Source of the DNA: Octopus vulgaris
Lineage: Eukaryota
Assembly: GCA_951406725.2 (NCBI GenBank)
Contig: OX597815.1
Span: 496,001 to 560,000 of the forward strand
Direction: 5' to 3'
DNA: 64,000 nt
Position 1 is the first letter of the stretch. Every line of letters begins with the position of its first letter. The position numbers and the translations under genes were made by a program. Below are positions 54,968-64,000 of this stretch, one piece after another. Below the pieces are notes generated by a model that was not told the origin of the DNA, searched no databases, and saw only the letters and a list, made by a program, of their open reading frames with translations.

Positions 54968-55246
54968 TATGTGTATGTGTGTTTGAGTGTGTGTGTGTGT
55001 GTGGCTGAGTGTGTGTGTGTGTGGCTGAGTGTGTGTGTGTGTGGCTGAGTGTGTGTGTGTGTGGCTGAGTGTGTGTGTGTGTGTGGCTGTGGCTGTGTGT
55101 GTGTGTGTGGCTGAGTGTGTGTGTGTGTGTGTGAGTGTGTGTGTGTGTGTGTGGCTGAGTGTGTGTGTGTGTGTGGCTGAGTGTGTGTATGTGTGGCTGA
55201 GTGTGTGTGTGTGTGTGTGTGTGTGTGGCTGTGTGTGTGTGTGTGG

Positions 55247-55295
<49 letters not shown>

Positions 55296-55312
55296 TGTGT
55301 GTGTGTGTGTGA
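54968..55312. repeat. Compound (GT)n microsatellite with recurrent GGCTGA interruptions
   Basis: Direct reading. Confidence 0.95.
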
Positions 55313-56930
55313 GGAGGAGGGTCAGTCATTCGTCTTTGTTTAGTTCCTTCCCTCTCTCATCAACAGAAGGTGTTTATAGCCGTTTCCCTTTCAATATATC
55401 TTGCACTCTTCACAACTGTGTACACACACACACACACACACACACATGGTTGTGGGTGTGTATGTATGTATATATATATTTATGTATATATTTGTGTATA
55501 TATATATATATATATATATATGAATGTAAGTATGGATGCGTGTGTGCATGTATCTTCATATGTCTGTGTATGTATACCAACATGTCTATGTGTATATGTA
55601 TGTTTCTTAGACTTTGAATTCTTTGAATTTTAAAGGTGGTAGAATGGCAGAAACATTGGTGTGCCAGAGAAAATGTTTTGCATTTGTCTCAGCTATGTTC
55701 TGAGTTCAAATGTGAGCAAAGTCAACAGCACCTTTCATCCCCTTGGGGGGGGGGGTCAATAAAATAAAATTGCAGTCAGCTCCTGAGATCAACGATGACA
55801 ACTAAACTCTTTCCTTCCCAAATTGATGGATTTGTACCTAAACTAGCAACAAGCTTTTGAATTGTTCCTGCAACGAAGGAATTGGGTTGTAAGGAAGATA
55901 AACTCAGTCACTGAAATTTGCGTGATAAAAATACTTTGTTGTTACAAGTTGATCTCAGATAAGTCTTGTATATTTTTACTGTTCCACTTAGAGATTCAGT
56001 CTGTAAACAGTATATTAGCAGATGTCTTTCTTCACTTGAAAATCCTAGCTTCTCCAGATTGTTATTTCAATATTGACTTATGTGGAAGGCAGGCAGCTGA
56101 CCTTTTGGGTTGGATAGGATTGTTGCTTTTCTCTTCCAAACAACTCTGGTCTGTGATATTTGCATTTGGTAGAAGTTTTCTATAGGAATGTCACACCTGG
56201 ATTTCTTGTGTTGATGTGTGTGTTGCTCTCTTTTCTCTTTTTAATTTAGAGTAAATTTTGACTGGTCACCTACTTGGTAGGACAGCATTTTATTTTGTTC
56301 GTCATCCTTTAAATCTTACGAAGGTCTTACAGATATTTTTAGTCCCTGATATTGTAATTGTCTATGAATTAAGAATTAAGGATCTCTCCCCAAGATCCAT
56401 GTATGTATGTACATACGTACATATGCATGTGTATGTATGTATGTATGTATGTAAAAATGCTGCATGTATGTATTGAACAACAAGAACAGAGGCGTTGTCT
56501 ATAGGTATTGGTTTTTTTTTTCTCTGTGGATGGTATTGTATATTGTTCTAGCACCATCATACTGCAATCAGATGTAGTACCATGATGATATTTTGGGGCA
56601 GCTCTTGACCATGAGTGAAAGATCTTCCATAGAAATGTGCCATAATCAACCATTTAGGTTGCATCTTAAGGATTTAAAGGTTTCACTATCATTTTGATCA
56701 TAATATTTATGTGCACTTGTGGTTACATGTATGCGTGTAGATGTTTTCACACACACACACACACAAACAAACAAAAGTATGTCTGCTTATTTCTGTGATT
56801 TGTCGACTGCTTCTGGAGTGAGTCAATGTATCCACCATTCCATGACTTGTAATTTCTTAATTTGCTGTGTTGTTTCTGATTTTGTGCAGCCCAGTTTCAC
56901 AACACTGACCCCCAAAAATTACTGGTATAA

Positions 56931-58966
56931 ATGACTGGTGTAGCAGCACCATAGTCAACTGCTACAAAGGTAAAGGTGATGCTTTAGATACCAATAATTA
57001 CAGAGGTATCAAGTTGTTGAATCAGGTAATGAAGGTCACGAAGAGGGTCATAGCCCAACTAATTAGAGAGAGAGTCAGTTTAGATGGGATGCAGTTTGGG
57101 TTCATGCCAGGGAAAAGCACCACTGATGCTATATTTCTGGTGAGACAGCTGCAGGAGAAATACCTAGCCAAAGATAAACCTCTGTATCTCGCTTTCGTTG
57201 ACAAGGAGAAAGCCTTTGACGGGGGTCACCCGATCCCTTATCTAGTGGTCAATGTGGAGACTAGGGATAGATGAATGGTTAGTGAGAGCTGTGCAAGCCA
57301 TGTACAGGGACGCTGTAAGTAAGGTGAGGGTTGGTAATGAGTACAGAGAAGAATTTTGGGTAGACGTAGGGGTCCACCAAGGTTCAGTCTTCAGCCCCCT
57401 CCTATTTATCATAGTCCTCCAGGCAATAACAGAGGAATTCAAGACAGGATGCCCCTGGTAGCTCCTCTATGCTGACGACCGTGCTCTAATTGCTGAGTCA
57501 CTATCAGAACTAGAGGAGAAGTTTCAGGTGTGGAAACAAGGATTAGAATCGAAGGGCTTTAGAGTCAACCTAGCTAAAACCAAAGTCCTAATAAGCAGGA
57601 AGGCAGGCAAACCACAAATTCCTTCAGGTAGATGGCCCGGCTCGATCTGTAGAAAAGGCCTAGGTAGAAACTCTATAAGATGTACCCAGTGTAAGCTATG
57701 GACACATAAGAGGTGCAGCAATATCAAAGGAAGGCTAACTAGGAAGATAGTTTTAGTATGTGGCAGATGCTCAGGAGCAATAAACACTGAAAATGCTCTG
57801 AGACCAACTTCTGCCACATTCCAGGGAGAAAAACTAGAAATAGTTGATAGCTTCTGTTACCTAGGTGACCAAGTCAGTAGTGGGGGAGGGTGCGATGGAA
57901 GCGTAGCTGCTAGAATAAGAATAGCTTGGGCAAAGTTCAGAGAGCTCTTACCTCTGCTGGTGACAAAGGGCCTCTCACTCAGAGTAAAAGGCAGACTGTA
58001 TGACGCATGTGTACGAACAGCCATGCTACCTGGCAGTGAAACATGGGCCATAACTGCTGAGGACATGCGTAAGCTCACAAGGAATGAAGCCAGTATGCTC
58101 CGATGGATGTGTAATGTCAGTGTGCTTACTCGACTGAGTGTAAGTACCTTGAGAGAAAAGTTGGACATAAGAAGCATCAGATGTGGTGTGCAAGGGAGAC
58201 AACTGCGCTGGTATGGTCATGTGGCAAGAATGGATGAGGACAGCTGTGTGAAAAAGTGCCACACCCTAGAGGTTGAGGAAGCCTGTGGAAGAGGTAGACC
58301 CAGGAAGACCTGGGATGAAGTAGTGAAGCACGACCTTCGAACATTAGGCCTTACCGAGGCAATGACTAGTGACCGAGACCTTCAGAAATATGCTGTGCGT
58401 GAGAAGACCCGGCAAGCCAAATGAGACCATAACCTCGTGGCCTATACCAGTGGGTGTAACCAGACCATTTATGCATACCTTTCTTTCTTTGGACACTAAA
58501 CTCTGCCTGTGAAGACCTGTTGAGGCAAGTGAAATCGAAATCAAATTTGATGACTGGCCCCCATGCCAGTGGAGCACTAAAAGCATCATCCAAGCGTGAT
58601 CGTTGCCAGAGCAGCTTACTGGCATATGTGCCAGTGGCACATAAAAATGCCGGTGGCACATAAAAAAACATTCAAGCGAGGTCGTTGCCAGTGCCGCTGG
58701 ACTGGCTCCTGTGCAGGTGGCACATAAAAAACACCATTTGAACATGGCCGTTGCCAGTACTGAATGACTGGCCCTCATGCCGGTGGCACGTAAAAGCACC
58801 CGCTACACTCTCGGAGTAGTTGGTGTTAGGAAGGGCATCCAGCTGTAGAAACTCTGCCAGATCAGATTAGAGCCTGGTGCAGCCATCTGGTTCGCCAGCC
58901 CTCAGTCAAATCGTCCAACCCATGCCAGCATGGAAAGTGGGCGTTTAACAATGATGATGATGATGA
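56931..58966 (+). mobile_element. RTE LINE, 2-kb 5'-truncated, well-preserved copy
   Basis: NYRGIKLL, QFGFMPGKSTTDAIF, GVHQGSVFSPLLF, LYADD, then a 298-aa ORF 57528-58424 (Cys/His finger, FCYLG, GSETW, LRWYGHV, GRGRPRKTW); 3' UTR with ~66-bp repeats and (GAT)n tail. Confidence 0.95.
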
Positions 58967-59004
58967 TATATAAATTTATAAAGTTTCTGAAACATATAGT
59001 GCAA

Positions 59005-59218
59005 TTCTTTTCTACTCTAGACACAAGGCCCCAAATTTTGGGGAAGGGTCCAGTCGATTAGATCGACCCCAGTATGTAACTGGTACTTAATTTATCAACC
59101 CCGAAAGGATGAAAGGCGAAGTTGACCTTGGCAGAATTTTAACTCAAAATGTAAAGACAGACAAAATACCGCTAAGCATTTCAACTGGCGTCCTAACATT
59201 TCTGCCATCTCACCACCT
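59005..59218 (-). mobile_element. tRNA-derived SINE (second family)
   Basis: Reverse complement of the 21060-21265 family. Confidence 0.75.
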
Positions 59219-59221
59219 TTG

Positions 59222-60870
59222 AAACATATAATGCAATTAGGAGGAATTACAACCATATTTCATGGTCTGCTGCTACAACAGCTCCTTTATAGGATCCAGT
59301 TAGCTCAAGACATCATCAGGAGGAACCACATCCTGTTTCGGCCGCTACTCTTCTACCGTTTTGACGTGGCAGCCCCACCCCCACCCCCTTTCGGAGGTGT
59401 CTTCAGTTCTGGTGTTGGGTGCATGTCTTCTTTCTTCTGTTCCCTGGCCTCTTCAATGTATCGTCAGCGAGTGTCAGCCGGTGACTGACTGACTTGTCAA
59501 ATTTTTTCCTCTAAATACCTGCCGCTAGGCTCCAGCAGGCAGCCCCAGCAAGTTGTCACATGACACTGCCTCACCTTAACTGACTAGTGAAGGCGCGTAG
59601 TTTTAGCCCACGCATTCTCTAAACGACTGTCACCTGTCAGTCAGCGAAGCTGATTCAGTGTCAGCTTGTCTCACCTAATGATGTTATTTCCCGCCGACGT
59701 GTTATGACTTTCAAGCCATTTTCAGCCTTCCTGCTTCAGCCATATATAGAAGCTGGCTTTTTCGACCGCCTCCTGTACTCTCCCTATTAGTTTTCGCAGC
59801 TCGGAGCTAGAAAAAAACAAATTCTTTTGAAAAGCGTTGACATTTTCCTTTCAATGAAGCCTCTAGCCCCCACTGCCAGGTGGTCACACTCGACATTCTA
59901 TCACTGTTCTCTGCATTCTTCGATTAGCTTTTCGTACCTCTTCTCCTTTCGTTCCTCTGCATTGCCGATGTTCTCTTCCCAAGGTACTGTTAGTTCTAGT
60001 AAAATTCATATTCTACGGTCTCTGTTCCATAGGACTAAATCCGGTCTTTTTGTTGTTTTTATTAGTGGAAATATTACTTGTCTTTCCAAGTCCGTGGCCA
60101 CCTCCCAGTATCCCTTCCATCTTTCATCTATCTCGTTTACTTTACTTGTAGGCCTGGTTTTATAACCTTTTCCCTCCTTGTGGAAGTATACTTTCCTGCA
60201 CTTTTCTACTTTTGGGTAATCTCCCCTATTGTACCTCTCGATCTTCTCCTTGAGTGCTGCGCTTATGACGCCGAGGACTTGATTATGCTGACATGTATAT
60301 CTTTCTAGTGCTAGTCTGCAATTTGACAGAATATGTCTAACCGTTGCTTTCTCTCCACATCTACACTCATCGGTTGTTTTTATGTTCCACCAGACTAAGT
60401 TCACTGGTGAGGGTAGAACGTCGAAGGTAGACTTGATCAGGAAGGATGTCCTTGATTGTTCCCAAGCCCAAAGTTCCTTCCATGATATTCTGCGGCTGAT
60501 CACATATTCCTCCCATCTCAGGCACTGTCCCTGTTGACTGCATTGCATCAAATGTACATTTCGCCTTTCTTCTTCCTCCTTTCCCACTTAGTATACCACT
60601 GCCTCTTTCATCTCTTTTACACTGCTCTTGCAAAATGGCCTGAAATTTTGCGACCCTAGGCCGGTTCTTGCTTCTTGCGTTGCTCCGACTATATCTGCAT
60701 GGCTTAGTTTTCCGATTGCCCTGTTTACTGCCTCTTCCGCCTTCCATTTCCTCCCTGTTCGTACCTTTGGAGGGTTTTCCCGGATGCTCTGATCTTTTGA
60801 ATAACTTAGCATCATTACTGTCCTTGCCTTTCCTGCCTCATAAGTTTCATATGTTGAGAAATATCTCAAA
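59222..60870 (-). mobile_element. HERO-like non-LTR retrotransposon 3' part (restriction-like endonuclease)
   Basis: KVRTGRKWKAEEAV, SFLIKSTFDVLPSPVNL, CCHC knuckle C-R-C...HILSNC, RY..HNQVL, RPDLVLW, LELTVPWEEN, ERK..RY; the 3' UTR extent is approximate. Confidence 0.88.
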
Positions 60871-61114
60871 CATATTCATCAGGCACAAACCACAAATCAT
60901 AACGAACTTAAAAAATTAAATATGAGAAGAAACAGGGAAAAGCTGAGAATGCAGCATACAGAAAACGTGGAAGGCTAAAAAATGGGAGATGAAAAAGTAT
61001 AAAGTGAAAAGGGTAAAAACCTTATCTTCCTAAGACCTTAAATTATAAGGCTGGAAAGATATCAACAAGTTAATCAGGTATAGGCCGAATTTTCCAATTC
61101 TTCAAAATATATTC

Positions 61115-61480
61115 GTGTGACTGCGTGGTAAGAAGCTTGCTTACCAACCACATGGTTCTGGGTTCAGTCCCACTGCGTGCCACTTTGAGCAAATGTCTTC
61201 TGCTATAGCTTTGGGCTGACGAAAGCCTTGTGAGTGGATTTGGTAGATGGAAACTGAAAGAAACCTGTCGTGTGAGTGTGTGAGTGTGTGTGTATTTGTG
61301 CATATGTGTGTCTGTGTTTGTCCCCTCCACTACCGCTTTACAACCGATGTTGGTGTGTTTATATCCCTGTAACTTAGCAGTTCGGCAAAAGAGGCCGATA
61401 GAATAAGTACTAGGCTTACAAAGAATAAGTTCTGGCCGTAATCAAATGACTGAAACAAGTAAAAGAATAAAAGAAAAGAA
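61115..61480 (+). mobile_element. tRNA-derived SINE
   Basis: GACTGCGTGGTAAGAAGCTTGCTTACCAACCACATGGTTCTGGGTTCAGTCCCAC head; 3' GACTGAAACAAGTAAAAG. Confidence 0.82.
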
Positions 61481-62050
61481 TATTTTTGCAACTGCTGAAA
61501 ATTTCAGGCCTAGAGTTCAGTAGAGAGTTAGGGACCTTAGATCTGAAAAGGATGTGAGTTCTTTCAGCTAAACATAGCCTACATTTATTTGATCCTTTAC
61601 CATAAGGTGTGCATTTCGCAATTATTTTCCACTTAATCACATGCAGTGCTTTGTTAGCTTTCAAACTCTATACATGGTGAGCCGACTTAATAGCTTTGCT
61701 TTTGTCCTTATGTCAGAGGGATGCTATGTGATTTGCATAGCTATCTTTAAATTCTCCTTCACATAATCCAACATAGGTCTTCTTATCTGTTGTATTTATT
61801 TAGTGTTGCAGTAAATTCTGCCTTATTTAATCATACATCATTGGTCAAGTGGACAGGATACTAATTTACAACAGTTACAACTGGATTTAGGCTTTTGGTA
61901 TTGACCTCGTGCAATGGTACTTTTCATATTCGGGCAGCAGCAATATGGTAATTTCACACAATGCCTATGAAATATTTCCCTGTATCTGTGAGTTGCTGGA
62001 AAGTGTTTATCTAGGAGAGAAAATAATCTACTCTTCCACAAGTTCCTGCC
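61481..62050 (-). pseudogene. Penelope-like element C-terminal/GIY-YIG remnant
   Basis: LLDKHFP..HRY..IF....KLPYCC.PNM, CNC....CPL, KTYVGLCEGEFK..YANH, IKWKII, KCRLCLAE, LLNSRPEIFSSC. Confidence 0.88.
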
Positions 62051-62221
62051 ACAGTTAGAGATCTAAGATCCTAACTCTCTACTGAATTCTAGGTCTGAAA
62101 TCTTCAGCAGTTGGAACCCATGCCAGAATGGAAAACAGATGTTAAACAATGATGATGATGATGATGATGGTTCGTTGTTTCAAAGATTTAATTCTATACC
62201 AAAGATTCACTATTTCTCTTT

Positions 62222-62255
<34 letters not shown>

Positions 62256-62458
62256 CACTACTAGTAATAGATGGAGAGATGGAATGACAGACACACGCAC
62301 ACACACGCGTGCACACACACACACACACACAACTAAATGGTTTTTGCTCTGTTTAGGAATTTTTATAAAACTTTTATCTGAAGTGACTCAGCTTCAATTA
62401 AAACCAAACAGAGTGTAAAGTACGATAATAACAGTGAAATGAAACTTGACTCATGGAT

Positions 62459-62490
<32 letters not shown>

Positions 62491-63196
62491 TCTCTCTTTC
62501 TCTCTCTCTCACACACATTCACACACAACCACAAATACATACACCATATATATAGATGTGGCTGCGTGGTAAGAACTTTGTTTCCCAACTACATAATTCT
62601 GGGTTCATTCCCACTAAGTGACACCTTAGAAAAGTCCCTTTTATTTTAACCCAAAGTCTTGTGAAGGGATTTGAGAGATAAAAATTGTAAGAAGCTTGTC
62701 ATATATATATATATATATATATATCATCATCATTTAACGTCTGTTGTCCATGCTGGCATGGGTTGGATGGTATGAGCAGACAGGCAAGCTGGGGAGGGTT
62801 TCTATGGCTGGATGCCCTTCCTAAAGCCAGTCACTTTACAGAGTTTGCTGGGTGCTTTTACATGATACCACCATGAGTGCCTCTACATCACCAGCAGGGC
62901 TGCTGGTCCTAACACTTCTGCAGTGGAGTACAGAGTGGAGTACAGTAAAGCGACAGGCATCTTGGTCCTTTGTCATCTTGCCTGAAAGTTCAGCATCCAG
63001 AGGTCATTCTTTAGTGCTCCTCCCATGTCTTCCTGGGTCTCCCACTCCCACATGCTTCATCTATTTTCTCTCCTGCCCACAGAAACCCATTCTTCGTATC
63101 CCTAACTTCTCTCTTTACAATACTGACATTCTGTCAAACATGTACAGGTAAGACATTTATAAGTGCTTCTCATGGAAAAGCCTCAAAACTTCTGGA

Positions 63197-64000
63197 ATGC
63201 ACCTTAAAATATCTGGTGGCATAGGATACAGTCCAGTCACCCCAATAGTTAACCAGGTTATTCAGGAGGGTGTCATCCGCAATGACTGGTGCAGCAGCAT
63301 TGTAGTCAGCTGCTACAAGGGTATGGGAGATGGCTTAGATGGAAGTCATTGCAGAGGCATCAAATTGCTGCATCAGGTCATGAAAGTGACAGAAAGAGTT
63401 ATAGTCCAGTTAATTAGGAGCAGAATCAGATTAGATGAAATGCTGTTTGGCTTTGAGCCCCAGAGAAGCACTGCTGATGTTATCTTTACAGTCAGACAAC
63501 TGTAGAAGCATTTGGCCAAGAATAAACCATTGTACTTGGTGTTTGTTAACGTAGAGAAAGCCTTTAACAGAGTACCCCCGCTGTGTGATATGGTGGGCTC
63601 TGGGGAAATAAAGGGTAGACAGGTGGTTTGTGAAAGCCATACAAGCCATGTACTGAGGTTCTGTCAGTAAGGTGAGAGTTAACCATGAGTATAGTGATGA
63701 ATTTAGTGTACAGGTAGGTGTTCATCAGGGTTCAGTTCTCAGTCCCCTCCTATTCACTATCGTCATCCAGGCCATAACATAGGAATTCAAGACTGGCTGC
63801 CCCTGGGAGCCCCTCTATGCTGATGATCTTGCTCTTATAGTAGATTCTGTAATAGAACTAGAAAAGGAATTCAAGGTGTGGAAGCAAGACACAGAATCTA
63901 AGGGCCTTAAGATTAACTTAACAAAGACAAGAAAACAGGCAGGACCCTTCCCTCTGCTTAAAATTTAGAAAAGGAGTAGGCAGGAATTCCATATGGTGTG
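63197..64000 (+). mobile_element. Decayed RTE LINE RT running off the window end
   Basis: LKISGGIGY...RGIKLLHQVMKVTERV...GVHQGSVLSPLLF...LYADD, with stops. Confidence 0.88.

Noticed and set aside
55860-56660. Possible decayed R4/Dong-like LINE on the minus strand
   Set aside because: Only faint motif similarity; insufficient to call.
61115-61190. tRNA genes at SINE heads
   Set aside because: A/B boxes are present, but each continues into a SINE body and I could not build a full cloverleaf.

Overview
AT-rich, repeat-dense eukaryotic DNA. The tRNA-head SINEs, (GAT)n-tailed RTE LINEs and long (TA)n/(CA)n microsatellites suggest an octopus or other coleoid cephalopod (inferred from recognition, not from a search). 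I can support no intact host protein-coding gene; nearly all long ORFs are microsatellite artefacts or transposon fragments. Mobile elements: one full-length mariner with TIRs and TA TSD, three more decayed Tc1/mariner copies, about eight RTE LINE pieces, HERO-, R4/Dong- and CR1/L2-like LINE remnants, Penelope-like (PLE) RT and GIY-YIG remnants, two Helitron-type elements, hAT and piggyBac MITEs, and many SINEs. There is also a perfect 66-bp minisatellite and a CpG-rich candidate promoter/first exon at about 28.9-29.2 kb. The most unusual signal is a set of minimal type-I hammerhead-ribozyme-like motifs with non-canonical cores (a G3:C8 swap, A6U/C, U4C, an extra base after A9), two of them tied to near-perfect inverted repeats. 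One RTE copy has a twin-priming-type inversion. Coordinates of decayed elements are approximate.
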